Source: a virus
Taxonomy: Duplodnaviria > Caudoviricetes
IMG/VR virus record: IMGVR_UViG_3300025326_000030
Coordinates: 753-64,752 of that record
Strand: one strand, 5' to 3'
Length of the DNA: 64,000 nucleotides
Shown: piece by piece, positions 28,728 through 39,239 of the stretch
Layout of the letters: every line of letters starts with the position of its first letter
How positions within the stretch are numbered: the first letter of the stretch is position 1
Notes under the pieces: generated by a model
What the model was told of the DNA's origin: nothing
Databases searched by the model: none
Seen by the model: only the letters and a program-made list of their open reading frames with translations
Program-made: the position numbers and the translations under genes

Positions 28728-29791
28728 GTACCGTTAATGGAATCGCAGTCACCAATCTGCGTGGTTTGCAATATGAGATTCAAGCCAATCAACCACGCAT
28801 TGAATCAGACGTAGACCACGAGGTCTGGTATCGCGGTCCTACAAGTTGGTCCACCCTTGATGAAAACGGTGATGTTCTACGTCTTGTTCCCAAACATAAT
28901 TTAGATGCAAGTGCCGCGCCTCTCGTTACAGATGACAGCGGAGATGGATATGATGTTGGTTCCCTATGGATTTATAGTGGGGCAATCTATTTTTGCACAG
29001 ACGCTACTGTTGGTGCGGCAGTTTGGGAAAACGTCACCGGATTTGGGACCGCTACCGCCAATACAGTCTTTGCGGGTCCTTCAACTGGCGGACCAGCGAC
29101 ACCAGGTTTTCGCGCTCTAGTTGCCAGTGATCTCGCCAGTGCCTTGGCTATTCCCCCTGCCATTGGTGGCACTACACCTTCTACGGGCAAATTCACCACT
29201 ATAGAAACCACTAGCAATGCCAGCTTTGGGGCTGGCGCAGCGCCTTCTGCTAGGGTGCATATCATTCGCACAACAGAACAATTGCGAGTAGGATATGATG
29301 GTAGCAATTACCTTTCGGTTACAATTGGCGCAACGGGGAATGCGACTATGGCTCCTACCGGAAGTACAACGGTTCTCACCAAACAGACCACATTACGAAC
29401 GACCGATGCCGCAACCAATACAATCGTCTATCCGTTGGCTATTAATCATGATTCAAGTGATACTCCAACAGTGGGCTTTGGCACCGGAGTGTCTATCACT
29501 GGAAAATCCAGTACAACCTCTACTCAATCCATGTTTTTACAAAATGTATATTGGACCGAAGCTACCCACGCCACCAGAAAAGCGCGTGTTGATTTTCGTG
29601 TATTTGATACCGCATCTCGATTAGCTTTTTCCATCGCCGCTGATGGCAGCGTCGCCAATGTGGGATTCTACGGAACTGCCCCCGCAGTTAAGCAAGAGGT
29701 TACGGGCTCTCGTGGTGGCAATGTGGCATTGGCAAGCCTCTTGACAGGTTTAGCAACAATTGGTCTAATTACCGACAGTAGTTCAGCATAA
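28724..29791 (+). CDS. Tail fibre-like protein
   Basis: Thr/Gly/Ala-rich; DDSGDGYDVGSLW...DATVGAAVW, FRALVASD and VTGSRGGNVALASLL segments typical of phage fibres. Confidence 0.7.
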   Translation: MSTVNGIAVTNLRGLQYEIQANQPRIESDVDHEVWYRGPTSWSTLDENGDVLRLVPKHNLDASAAPLVTDDSGDGYDVGSLWIYSGAIYFCTDATVGAAVWENVTGFGTATANTVFAGPSTGGPATPGFRALVASDLASALAIPPAIGGTTPSTGKFTTIETTSNASFGAGAAPSARVHIIRTTEQLRVGYDGSNYLSVTIGATGNATMAPTGSTTVLTKQTTLRTTDAATNTIVYPLAINHDSSDTPTVGFGTGVSITGKSSTTSTQSMFLQNVYWTEATHATRKARVDFRVFDTASRLAFSIAADGSVANVGFYGTAPAVKQEVTGSRGGNVALASLLTGLATIGLITDSSSA

Positions 29792-29804
29792 AAAGGAAAT
29801 TCTA

Positions 29805-30086
29805 ATGGCACAACAAGCTCAAGTTGATAATCTCGTTACCCTCACCAAGCAACAGTTGGTCCAGTTTTTAGCAACTGCTGTTCACCTTCAGGCAATCTCA
29901 GATATGTACACCGCCGTGAAGACTGCCGATCCAGATATTTTTATCGACAATCCGCCCGCTGGCGAGAATTCAAATGTCAATGACGCCAATCTTGCTAACA
30001 TCGTGGCGCATATTAATGCTGTATTGGCAGACATTGATGGTCGCAAGGCTGCCTTTTCTGAAATCATTGATACGGTACCATTCTGA
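29805..30086 (+). CDS. Hypothetical protein
   Basis: 93 aa with AAGGA ribosome-binding site. Confidence 0.55.
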   Translation: MAQQAQVDNLVTLTKQQLVQFLATAVHLQAISDMYTAVKTADPDIFIDNPPAGENSNVNDANLANIVAHINAVLADIDGRKAAFSEIIDTVPF

Positions 30087-30286
30087 TGAAAGACACTTCA
30101 GTTGTGTCCGCCTCGAAAGGGGCGGACTTACTTGAACTAAACAAGCAGGCATTTTTGAAAGAACTGGATAACCTTTGTAAGAAGTATCTGGTACGCCTTG
30201 AGGTTGAGTTGCTTCACGAAACTCCTAATGCTCAAATGATTATTACTCGACCTGTTGTAAAATGGATATTTGAGGACCCGCTATGA
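30086..30286 (+). CDS. Hypothetical protein
   Basis: TGATG coupling to previous gene. Confidence 0.5.
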   Translation: MKDTSVVSASKGADLLELNKQAFLKELDNLCKKYLVRLEVELLHETPNAQMIITRPVVKWIFEDPL

Positions 30287-31116
30287 GCTTTCTTTCATGG
30301 TTGCAAGGTTTTGGTAATCCGCCCAGTGATTATCGTCAATTTGTTCCTTGGGGAGAAACCCTCAAAAACAACCTAGGGAATTATTTGGTTCAGGTTCGCC
30401 GTGTGGCAGGTGGTACTGCCTCGGCAGATTTTGACCTACAGTGGACTAATTATGGGTTTGCTGTTCCCGATGTGGCAATTGTGGTAGAGGGTGATAATCA
30501 CTGGCATACCTATGACAATGGCGCAAATTGGAGTCCCGCAACAGCAGCAGACGCCGAACAAACTGGACACATGCGTATTAGCCTGGATACGACTCTCAAA
30601 ACTGGATACCTATGGTGTGATAGTTCAGCACAACTCATAGCCAGTTATAGTGACCTCAATGACTATCTGATTGCGAATTTGGCAGATGATGAACTTCGCA
30701 GATGGATCACTCAGGCAACCTGGACAAGTACCTCGGAGGCAACTTTTGATCTGCGTCGTCCGATGGATGGCATGGCAAACGCTGATATAATTGACCTCTA
30801 CTGGAATAGTGGAACCGCCTCACGCTTAGGCATGGATGCCGATACTGTCACGACTAGCAGTTTCGGGTTAAGTGGCGGTGTTGGAGATGCCATTCCCAAT
30901 GATGTGGGCAGCGATTTCCAATTCCAGTTTGGGTCAACCAAATTTCTGCTACCTGACTACCGAGAATTACTACTCATGGGGGCTTCCGCCTTTGGTGGTG
31001 GAACTGACGTTGCTCAAAATGCCCTCTTTGGGGTAGATGCGATTCTTTCACCAGCGGGCAAAGGGAATAAGACGCCCTCCTTCCTTGGTGGCATTTCTGT
31101 TCAAATTAGGGCTTAG
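30283..31116 (+). CDS. Hypothetical virion protein (fibre/collar-like)
   Basis: GYLWCD...FLLPDYR resembles tail collar motifs. Confidence 0.5.
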   Translation: MSFLSWLQGFGNPPSDYRQFVPWGETLKNNLGNYLVQVRRVAGGTASADFDLQWTNYGFAVPDVAIVVEGDNHWHTYDNGANWSPATAADAEQTGHMRISLDTTLKTGYLWCDSSAQLIASYSDLNDYLIANLADDELRRWITQATWTSTSEATFDLRRPMDGMANADIIDLYWNSGTASRLGMDADTVTTSSFGLSGGVGDAIPNDVGSDFQFQFGSTKFLLPDYRELLLMGASAFGGGTDVAQNALFGVDAILSPAGKGNKTPSFLGGISVQIRA

Positions 31117-31127
31117 GAGAACTGTTC

Positions 31128-31565
31128 ATGGGTATACCTATTGGTGGAATATGGGGGTCCTATCCCAAACCCTTTTTTGAGGCATATATAAGCGGGTCCG
31201 TACAGAACCTAACCTCTGGGGTAGAGTTGGGTAAATTCAGCACCATATTGGTAGATAGTCTGGGCTATTATATAGGTGCTTCTTCTTGGCGCTATACACC
31301 CCTTGTGGCGGGTTACTACAAACTTTATGTACGAATGCGTATAGATGGGGGCGGGACCATTGACAACTGGGGAATTTACAAAAACGCAGGCATTATCACT
31401 GATACTCTCTCAGTAGTCGCTTCGGGATACCATATTGTCTTGCACAAAATGGTTCATGCAGATGGTGTTACAGACTTTTTCGATACCCGCATCGAACTTA
31501 CTGCGGGTGCATGTAACATTGCAATCAATTCGGTCTTTGGCGGTTATTATTTGGGCAATCCCTAA
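31128..31565 (+). CDS. C1q/TNF-like beta-sandwich protein
   Basis: WRYTPLVAGYY and FGGYYLG motifs. Confidence 0.5.
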   Translation: MGIPIGGIWGSYPKPFFEAYISGSVQNLTSGVELGKFSTILVDSLGYYIGASSWRYTPLVAGYYKLYVRMRIDGGGTIDNWGIYKNAGIITDTLSVVASGYHIVLHKMVHADGVTDFFDTRIELTAGACNIAINSVFGGYYLGNP

Positions 31566-31667
31566 GTAGAAGGTCTTTATACTGAGAAGCACCATTAAGG
31601 TTTTACAATGAGAACCATCGTAAACCCTATAGTAACAGGAGGCGGCGCGAAAGCGCCCTGAACCCTA

Positions 31668-32036
31668 ATGAATAGTGGTGCATTTCTATACCCCCGTACT
31701 CTCATTTTTGATGCTGGCGAAAACGTAACGGACGAATATGTTCGCTTTCTTACCCCTGGTGATATTAACGGTGATGCGACCTGGCATTGTCGTCGGACCA
31801 CTGGGGCATGGACAGCCGCGACGCTTGGTATTCAAGGATCGGTTGACGGATTGAGCTATTTCCCACTGAAGAGTGGGGCTGATTACATTGGTGGCAGTCT
31901 GGTAACGGACGAGTGGCTATCTTTTGATGCCCCCGTTTTCCCATTCATGCGCCTGTGGAGTCACAATGGTAGTGGGGTTAGTGTTAACCAAATTGCTGAA
32001 GAGCAAGTGCAAGTTTATCTAACCTACGCCGAATAG
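31668..32036 (+). CDS. Hypothetical virion protein
   Basis: IQGSVDG.SY and PFMRL pattern seen in small phage structural proteins. Confidence 0.5.
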   Translation: MNSGAFLYPRTLIFDAGENVTDEYVRFLTPGDINGDATWHCRRTTGAWTAATLGIQGSVDGLSYFPLKSGADYIGGSLVTDEWLSFDAPVFPFMRLWSHNGSGVSVNQIAEEQVQVYLTYAE

Positions 32037-32044
32037 ATTGTTTT

Positions 32045-32075
32045 GAGGTCTCTTTCTGAGAGACCTCCATTTTCT
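32045..32075 (+). terminator. Intrinsic terminator ending the morphogenesis block
   Basis: GAGGTCTCT-TTCTG-AGAGACCTC followed by CATTTTCT. Confidence 0.7.
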
Positions 32076-32090
32076 AAATAGAGGTTTACG

Positions 32091-33245
32091 ATGAAGATTT
32101 TTATACTTTCTGATAATCCATTCTCAAAATCCGCCTATGCCCAATCTGCTGTGGGACTGTCCCACAAATTGCTCCAATGGGGACATGATGTTTTGTACAT
32201 GGGAGCATCCTATTATGGGACAGACCACGAGGTAAACGGGCTGAAGATTTGTGGCAATAATAAGTTGCACGAAAATCGCCTCACGCTTTCTCCCCATCTG
32301 GAACGTTTTCAACCCGATATTATAGTAACCATTGCAGACCCGCTGAGATTTCCCATTGAACTCTTTGCACGATACCGAGTTCCTTGGGTTTCTTTTTGCG
32401 CTACGGATACCGAACCCTTGCCAATTTCGCTAGAGCATGAATATCGTGGTGTCTATCGTGTATTAACCCCAAGCAAATTCATTCAGTCCCAACTGAAGAA
32501 TGAACTGGATTGTAAGGCGGATTATTGTCCGCTCTGGTTAGATGCGGCTTACAAAGCCGGAGACAAAAAGTCTCTACGCGAGAAGTTGCATATTCCACAG
32601 GACGACTTTGTGGTTTGCATGGTGGCAGACAATAAGGAATATCCATCTCGTAAAAACTTTGAACCATTGCTCATTGCGTGGGCTTCGTTCATACATGAAT
32701 ATCCTAAAAGTAGGCTCATCCTTCATACCAATCTGGGAGCAGAGGCAGGTGGTGTAAATCTGTATCCACTGATTGAGATTTTCAAAATTCCGCAATATAA
32801 CATTCTAGCGCCAAATCAAAATGCCTATCCACTGGAATTTGATAATGAGTACATGGCAAGTATGTATCAAGTTTCTGATGTATTCATTACCCCCTCTGGC
32901 GGCGAGGGTTTCTGTTCGCCTATTATTGAAGCATCTGCTTGTGGGATACCCGTAATCGCCTCACACTTTACTGCGATGCGAGATCATCAGGTCGCCTGGT
33001 GGTTAGAAGATGGAGAAACCATTTGGAATCATCGCTATAACGCATTCCGTTATTTACCGACCAAGAAGGCAATTTATCAGAGGTTGCTTGATGCACTGGA
33101 AGCCAAGGCAAGTGGCACTATTGAGGCGAAGGGGCAAGAAGCCCTCGCGTATGCTCAAAATTTTGAGAAGGAGAAGGTCTTAGAGACTTACTGGAAACCT
33201 GTCTTTGAGGATATTCAAAAATGCCTAGAGGGAGGATTAGTATGA
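32091..33245 (+). CDS. Glycosyltransferase, GT4 family
   Basis: RKN motif and EGFCSPIIEASACGIPVI signature. Confidence 0.9.
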   Translation: MKIFILSDNPFSKSAYAQSAVGLSHKLLQWGHDVLYMGASYYGTDHEVNGLKICGNNKLHENRLTLSPHLERFQPDIIVTIADPLRFPIELFARYRVPWVSFCATDTEPLPISLEHEYRGVYRVLTPSKFIQSQLKNELDCKADYCPLWLDAAYKAGDKKSLREKLHIPQDDFVVCMVADNKEYPSRKNFEPLLIAWASFIHEYPKSRLILHTNLGAEAGGVNLYPLIEIFKIPQYNILAPNQNAYPLEFDNEYMASMYQVSDVFITPSGGEGFCSPIIEASACGIPVIASHFTAMRDHQVAWWLEDGETIWNHRYNAFRYLPTKKAIYQRLLDALEAKASGTIEAKGQEALAYAQNFEKEKVLETYWKPVFEDIQKCLEGGLV

Positions 33246-34204
33246 ACATCGTCTATATTGGAAAATCCACAGATGATGGGTCTGCTTATGGAATTATCAA
33301 CCACAATTTTATCTTTTCCCTACTAAAGATGGGACACAACATTTTTCGCAATTGGCATAATCAGGGAATGGAGGTTCCCGATATTGCAATTGCTAACCAA
33401 TATCCACCCCAACCTCTCAACTATTGGCATGAGTTCAATGTTTGTCTGACCAATTGGGAATTTGCTACCCCTGAAGGGTATCCCCGGCGCAAAGTAGAGG
33501 CAATCAATCAGTATCATTTGCTTTGTGTCCCTTGCGAGTGGACCAAGGAACAGATCGGACCCGCGCTAGACATACCCATAGGGGTTATCCGCTATGGTGT
33601 GGATAGCAACCTCTACCATCCTTACAACTCCACCTATGAATTTGAAGGCGTACCACAGGATGCTATCAAAGTCCTGTGGGTAGGCGGAACTGATAAGCGA
33701 CATGGTTTTGATATTGCCCTTGAGGTTTTGGATCGCCTACCAGATAACTATTATCTGATTGCCAAACAAAGCACCCATTACCCAGAACATGAAGCAGAAC
33801 ACCCGCGCCTGAAGATTTTACGAGAAGAATTTAAGAATCTCGCCTTTCTCTATAATGCCTGTGATTTGTTTCTCCAATCGGGTAGAGGAGTTGGGTTTTG
33901 CTTGCCAGCATTAGAGGCATTGGCTTGTGGACTGCCTGTAGTAAGTACGCCATTGCCACCCTTAAAAGAATTCCAACACTGTCAGATTCATTTTAGTTCT
34001 GGTGGTCAATGGGAACGAACACAACATAACCTTTTTGATGACTGCTCGCCTTCATGGTTCGAGCCTGATGTAGAAGACCTGTTGGGGACTGTCCTCAAAT
34101 CACCCTTAGAAAAACAAAAGCCCACAAAGGAATTCGTGGACTTCTATTCTTGGGAAAGTGCAACTCAAAGATTATTGGACGTGATTACTGAGGCTAAGGG
34201 TTAG
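33242..34204 (+). CDS. Glycosyltransferase, GT4 family
   Basis: GFCLPALEALACGLPVV; start at ATG 33242 after GGAGG. Confidence 0.88.
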   Translation: MNIVYIGKSTDDGSAYGIINHNFIFSLLKMGHNIFRNWHNQGMEVPDIAIANQYPPQPLNYWHEFNVCLTNWEFATPEGYPRRKVEAINQYHLLCVPCEWTKEQIGPALDIPIGVIRYGVDSNLYHPYNSTYEFEGVPQDAIKVLWVGGTDKRHGFDIALEVLDRLPDNYYLIAKQSTHYPEHEAEHPRLKILREEFKNLAFLYNACDLFLQSGRGVGFCLPALEALACGLPVVSTPLPPLKEFQHCQIHFSSGGQWERTQHNLFDDCSPSWFEPDVEDLLGTVLKSPLEKQKPTKEFVDFYSWESATQRLLDVITEAKG

Positions 34205-34928
34205 CTTCCACTACGGCAATATACTTGCCTGATTCGGGTTCGGGAATAAATGCGCGTTGCGCATCTTCCTTGGGGTAGATTTTGTTTTCACCACCACGAC
34301 GATTGATTCCGCCTAGACCCCAATTGGGGTCATGGACGCGAACATCATCTTCCATCCACTGCAAAACTACCAACCAATGCCATCCTCTGAACCCCTTATC
34401 CTGGACATGCTCTCTGTCTAATCCGCCATAATACATGAGCCAAATGGCGGGCAGCGGAATATCTGCAATATCTGAAACAACCATTGTCTTGAGGGGCAGT
34501 CCGATTTTCTTCCCATTCTTCACCAATTGCGCTCCATTGGTGTACCCCTTCTGACTGCGATAGGGTAAGTCATTAATATGGACTTTAATGCCATACCACG
34601 AGGCAAACATGCCTACACAAGCAGGTCCGCAGTCAGAAGGATCGCCATTAGCGTCGGGGTCCCATTGAGAACGGTAGGGAGGCTCGGCAAGGACTTTAAA
34701 GCTCGTTACAATAGGTTCGGCAAGTTCCTTTACCACACTTTCGTGGACATATCCCCCCTCCACGAGAATCCACCACAAACCCTCAGTGGTTGCCAGAACA
34801 TTAACTGCCAATACTTCAGTTCCCCTTTTTTTAATCCATCTCAAGAGGTTTTTGTTGGGCGGTTGGGTAAACTCTGGCGTACTACGTACTCGGACCTTAT
34901 CGTAAAGGGTTTTGATAACACTGCTCAT
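34194..34928 (-). CDS. C39-like cysteine peptidase with N-terminal SH3-like domain (candidate cell-wall hydrolase)
   Basis: YRSQWD, DCGPACV, HWLVV, VHDP papain-like motifs; VRVRSTP...WW...GYV N-terminus. Confidence 0.7.
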   Translation of the reverse strand: MSSVIKTLYDKVRVRSTPEFTQPPNKNLLRWIKKRGTEVLAVNVLATTEGLWWILVEGGYVHESVVKELAEPIVTSFKVLAEPPYRSQWDPDANGDPSDCGPACVGMFASWYGIKVHINDLPYRSQKGYTNGAQLVKNGKKIGLPLKTMVVSDIADIPLPAIWLMYYGGLDREHVQDKGFRGWHWLVVLQWMEDDVRVHDPNWGLGGINRRGGENKIYPKEDAQRAFIPEPESGKYIAVVEANP

Positions 34929-35614
34929 TTAAAAACTCCTTTGTCTTTCCACTTGGCGGCAAATTTTATACGGTTCTTAAGGTATTGATTATCTCCTCGA
35001 TTCCAAGTCCCACCCCAGTCATGGCGAATACCCAAGGGGATTTGATGGACTTCTAAACCTGCATTCCAGAATTGAGCGCACCAATCATCATCCTCTGCGC
35101 CGCCATAGTTGTAAGATTCGTCAATGGCAATATTATGGCGTTCTATATCCTTGCGTCTGAAAAATTGGCAGAAACCGCTGACAATGGCAACTGGACCTGT
35201 AAAGTCTTCGGGCATAGGTTCGACGTTCCACTTGGTTGTGAGATGATGACCGCCTTTTCCCGCTAACCCTATTTTATGGTCGCTTAATAGATAATTAGTG
35301 ACTTGCTCTAACCACTGGTGGTCAAGCACTTCTACGTCTGTATCCAGAAAACCAAGTATCGGAGCGGAGGCGCGTTTCAACAATTCAATCCGTCCGCCTG
35401 CTACCCCAAGATTATCTGAGGATAACAGTACCTTTACTTGAGGAAAATATTTGTCTTGCACTTTCAGCAACCATTGGGAAGTTTGGTCCGTGCTGCAATT
35501 GTCCAGAATAAGCCAAGAGACTTGACTATTGGTGAGTGTGTGTGCCATTGAAGTTAAACAGCGCATCGTGACGCCCAGTCGATTGTAAGTAAGAAAAAGT
35601 AATTCAGTTCTCAT
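34925..35614 (-). CDS. Glycosyltransferase, GT2 family
   Basis: LTYNR, LDNCSTD, NLGVAGG, FLDTD, EDDD. Confidence 0.9.
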   Translation of the reverse strand: MRTELLFLTYNRLGVTMRCLTSMAHTLTNSQVSWLILDNCSTDQTSQWLLKVQDKYFPQVKVLLSSDNLGVAGGRIELLKRASAPILGFLDTDVEVLDHQWLEQVTNYLLSDHKIGLAGKGGHHLTTKWNVEPMPEDFTGPVAIVSGFCQFFRRKDIERHNIAIDESYNYGGAEDDDWCAQFWNAGLEVHQIPLGIRHDWGGTWNRGDNQYLKNRIKFAAKWKDKGVFK

Positions 35615-35924
35615 TTTGCTCTTTCCGAATAAGGGATAAAAACTTTAGGTATGGCATATCACCTCTCCGAGTGTTGCAAGATGCACAAGCAATCACCAGA
35701 TTATAGAGCCTATCTGTTCCGCCCCGACTTATAGGTTTCTTGTGGTCAAGTGTTAGGCGCTGATACTCATTCAAAATTCTCAGCGACCTATAATATTCTA
35801 AAGGCAATCCATCATCACGTAAACTTAGCTTCTTGCCACAGTAGTGACATTTCAGACCATCTCTTTTGATAAGTGCCCTTATTTTTTGCCGAAGCTCACT
35901 ACCACCAATGGTGCTATTTGACAT
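35604..35924 (-). CDS. HNH endonuclease
   Basis: RDG.KCHYCG...TLDHKKP.SRGG...NLVIACASCN; start taken at ATG 35924. Confidence 0.9.
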   Translation of the reverse strand: MSNSTIGGSELRQKIRALIKRDGLKCHYCGKKLSLRDDGLPLEYYRSLRILNEYQRLTLDHKKPISRGGTDRLYNLVIACASCNTRRGDMPYLKFLSLIRKEQNEN

Positions 35925-36093
35925 TTTTCTTCCTTTCTTTAGGGTGTTTCCATCTCCCACAGAATATCCTGATCATAACCTTTGGGGTCTTTCTCTTCAA
36001 AATTAGTCTTGGTAAAGACGTAGACCGTCGCATCGGCACATTCAGCATTTCCTAGGTCTACAGATATGATATAGGCTTTCTCTTGGTTTTCGG

Positions 36094-37416
36094 TCATAGC
36101 AATTCTCTCCATACCATTGCTGAATATATATTCAAGTTAGACGCTCCCCCAATAGGCATAACTGCCAATACCATACTATCTGGAACACCCGCAATAGTTG
36201 ATCCCAAAGCCAGTGCATTGATTATAGATTCTGTTAGAGAAGATTGCTCGGCGGCATATCCCGAATTGATAAGCGTACCACCAGATACAGTATTGGCAGT
36301 TGCGCCTGCGGCTCTCTGGCACGCGCTATTGGTGATGTCAGCATAATTGAAGGTGCCTGCTACGGTAGGATTCAACAACAATTGCCAGTGAAAATAATCA
36401 TTGGCAGTAGTTCCCATGATGCTCATTGATAGATTCACGATGGTGGCAGATAGATGAGTTGATTTTAGTCTCAATCCCAAGCAAGCATATAATGTCCCCG
36501 CCACATTTGCATCAATGTGGGTGTTTCCATTGGAAGTGCTAAGAACAAGTCCATTGAATTCCTGTCCGCCTTCCGAGATAACGGTGCTACAAATATGAAT
36601 GAGAGAAGAAGCGCCCCCCGTTCCATCATTGCTAATTTCATATCTTAAGGGAAGGTTCGGGGTACTCATATAAACAGTTGCCAGCGCATTGGCATTTAAC
36701 ATTTCATGGCAATAGACTAACATGCCATCTACCACAAAACCAAAACGAGCACGTCCAACACCAAGCCACTCGAAATCAATAACTAAAATCTGTGTCTTGG
36801 TGGTATCTAGGTCAATGCCACTTGTTCCTTCACCATCAAGGGTATCCAGATTCCAATTTGCCTGAGTAACAACAGTGTCTACGGGAGAACCACTGGTTTT
36901 AGTGCGCCGCCCTACACTGAGGACTGTCCCAGAAAGTTGGAAGAACAATCCATTGTTTTCATCAAAATATCCTACACGGCGAGTGATACCCGAAGCACCC
37001 GCGCCAAGTACGCCAGTCATGAATATCAACTGTCCTTTTCCTGGTTGATAATTGAATCGCCGCTTGGTCTGTCTCACGCGTTGCCCTGCGGTACTGGCTC
37101 CTACGCTCATAGTGGTAGCCGCCAGATCAACGCTATGCACCGATGAGGTTCCACTCCCAGAGGTTTCTGCGTCATCCCAAAAAAGCGGGGCGGCATCGTA
37201 GAGTTGCTTGCTATCGAACACTGTGTAAGGTGCCGAGGTTCGCAACCGACCAAAGGGATCAATGATAGGACTGTCCCCATAGGTGATTCCTACTGGGATG
37301 ACCGCCTCTAGGGTTACTGCCACTGGAACATCAAGTGATACAGAGAGAGGAGTATTATCAACAGAAACAGAAAGAGGAATGTTTTCAACAGTTACTACTT
37401 TTGCGGTCATATCCAA
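36094..37416 (-). CDS. Probable virion structural protein
   Basis: DPFGRLRTS, RQTKRRFNYQPGK, DFEWLGVG, TPNLPLRYEI motifs; beta-rich Thr/Ser/Gly composition. Confidence 0.6.
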   Translation of the reverse strand: MDMTAKVVTVENIPLSVSVDNTPLSVSLDVPVAVTLEAVIPVGITYGDSPIIDPFGRLRTSAPYTVFDSKQLYDAAPLFWDDAETSGSGTSSVHSVDLAATTMSVGASTAGQRVRQTKRRFNYQPGKGQLIFMTGVLGAGASGITRRVGYFDENNGLFFQLSGTVLSVGRRTKTSGSPVDTVVTQANWNLDTLDGEGTSGIDLDTTKTQILVIDFEWLGVGRARFGFVVDGMLVYCHEMLNANALATVYMSTPNLPLRYEISNDGTGGASSLIHICSTVISEGGQEFNGLVLSTSNGNTHIDANVAGTLYACLGLRLKSTHLSATIVNLSMSIMGTTANDYFHWQLLLNPTVAGTFNYADITNSACQRAAGATANTVSGGTLINSGYAAEQSSLTESIINALALGSTIAGVPDSMVLAVMPIGGASNLNIYSAMVWRELL

Positions 37417-37521
37417 AACTTTCTTCTCCCTGTTGGTTCGGCGTATCTACGATAGGGAAAGTAAAAGGAAAAGTTGATTTATTTTACCACAAAAAGGCAG
37501 CGGCTACCCGCCGCCGTCGTC

Positions 37522-37857
37522 CTATGCAAACCCCATATTTGAGCTAATCAGCACCCACTTGTTTTTTTCATGCCGCTGGTAAATTTCGCCATGTAGCGGG
37601 CCGTAGAATTCCACTCGCCAATCGTGATCAGGGTCGCGCCGCGCCTTGTTCTCGAATTTGCGTAGCGTGGGTGGTTCGGGATCATCAGGTCTACCGATAT
37701 ACTCGAACACAGTCTCGCCATCTTTCTTGACTGTTACCTGCCCAAAGCCTACATCCAAAACGCGGCTGAGAGGACAGGTTAATTCAATATGGCTACAGTT
37801 TAGGCAACCATGATGAATCCGTTTAGGGTCTAGTGACAATTCTTTCTTCCAATTCAT
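37522..37857 (-). CDS. Hypothetical protein
   Basis: 111 aa with GGAG ribosome-binding site. Confidence 0.6.
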   Translation of the reverse strand: MNWKKELSLDPKRIHHGCLNCSHIELTCPLSRVLDVGFGQVTVKKDGETVFEYIGRPDDPEPPTLRKFENKARRDPDHDWRVEFYGPLHGEIYQRHEKNKWVLISSNMGFA

Positions 37858-37915
37858 TTCAGACTCCTTTTTACTTATGTGAGAGTACGTATAAGGGCAC
37901 CACTACTGCGAACCA

Positions 37916-38107
37916 TTATTGATGCTCATCATAAGAATCAAGCTCGTCGTCGTAGTCGTTGTTGTCACGAATATTGATCGGATTGCCGCCGCCATCGAGT
38001 TCCCATTCGTGGTCACAATGAGGGCAGTTAAACCATACCAGCGAAGCCCTTTCAGATCGGCGAATATCAGCATTGCCACATACTGGACAGATTCCTTTTG
38101 CCATCAC
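37916..38107 (-). CDS. Small zinc-ribbon protein
   Basis: CPVCG...CPHCD. Confidence 0.55.
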   Translation of the reverse strand: MMAKGICPVCGNADIRRSERASLVWFNCPHCDHEWELDGGGNPINIRDNNDYDDELDSYDEHQ

Positions 38108-38406
38108 CCATCTCCTTCCAACTCTTTCAGTAGCGCGGCGGCGGATTCTAAATCTACCAAGTCTAGAATTGCGCGCCCCGACCGAGTAATCACGGCTATA
38201 GAACCATAGCCTTCATCAAATGAAGTTGCATCATCAAGCGCAAACGGGCGCAATACCTCGCATACCCGCGCTATCAGGGCAGTGTGTTCATTCTGTAAAG
38301 CCTTCGTAAACTTAACCCATTTCTCATAATCATCAACTGACATGGCGAGTTCACCTTCAGCGCGTTGAATGGTTTTTATGGTTATAGGTTGCAGATATTT
38401 ATTCAT
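38104..38406 (-). CDS. Hypothetical protein
   Basis: 100 aa with GGAGG ribosome-binding site. Confidence 0.55.
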   Translation of the reverse strand: MNKYLQPITIKTIQRAEGELAMSVDDYEKWVKFTKALQNEHTALIARVCEVLRPFALDDATSFDEGYGSIAVITRSGRAILDLVDLESAAALLKELEGDG

Positions 38407-38426
38407 TTTTCTTTCCCTCCTATGGG

Positions 38427-39239
38427 TTATTCTTCTTTTTGCAAAACTACCGAGACGGGTATTAGATGATACCCATTGTAATCCAGAGCAATATGTGGTG
38501 TGGGAACATCCTGTTCCTGACGAATCAGATCATCCGTCAACGTAAGGGTGATAAGCGTATCACGGGTATCCTGATCCACATGATAATCAGGTTCGTCCAC
38601 CACAAAGCATTCAGAGGGGTCAATGATGAGTTCATAAAGGCTTTCAGGGGTGAACATATAGGTATTGGGTATCCATCCCGCCTTGTCGTTAATTTTGAAT
38701 TCTGTGGAAAGGGCGATGATACCACCAGGTTTGAGGACCCGATACATCTCGCGCACTGCCTGTTGAATATCTTCTGGTTCTCCAAAATGCTCGATGGAAC
38801 TACTGCTATAGATTGCGTCAAAGGTTTCATCACGAAACTTGAGATAGCGTCCATCCATTGCTTTCACCACAAGGCGTTTTTCTTCATAGGGATAAGGCGC
38901 ATATTTGCCAGGATTCTCAGGCATGTCCTTGGGAGACCAAGCATTCCATACTTCTTGGTCATAAATGTCAGTTGCTACCACTTGCTTGACGTGTTTGGTC
39001 AAGTAAAAGGAGGTGACTCCTGCGCCAGCACCAACCCCCAGAATGGTTGCCTTGCGGGTGAGTTTGTCATAGCGGTCAAAGGCTCGAATTGCCATCGTGT
39101 TTTCCCACAGCTTACGATACCGATAATCGCCTTGCACATGGGGGAAAACATGCCGTTCGGCAAAATGGGGAAAGATTTCCTTAATGTCTTCTAAGAGGAA
39201 ATCAAAGTCGGATAGATTACACACTTTGTTGAAATTCAT
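38427..39239 (-). CDS. Class I SAM-dependent methyltransferase
   Basis: ILGVGAGAG, FDAIYSSSSIEHFG, RVLKPGG. Confidence 0.9.
   Translation of the reverse strand: MNFNKVCNLSDFDFLLEDIKEIFPHFAERHVFPHVQGDYRYRKLWENTMAIRAFDRYDKLTRKATILGVGAGAGVTSFYLTKHVKQVVATDIYDQEVWNAWSPKDMPENPGKYAPYPYEEKRLVVKAMDGRYLKFRDETFDAIYSSSSIEHFGEPEDIQQAVREMYRVLKPGGIIALSTEFKINDKAGWIPNTYMFTPESLYELIIDPSECFVVDEPDYHVDQDTRDTLITLTLTDDLIRQEQDVPTPHIALDYNGYHLIPVSVVLQKEE

Noticed and set aside
24864-31565. Diversity-generating retroelement acting on tail fibres
   Set aside because: No reverse transcriptase and no template/variable repeat pair differing at adenines was seen in the window
38466-39194. 242-aa plus-strand ORF opposite a methyltransferase
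   Set aside because: Antisense shadow ORF
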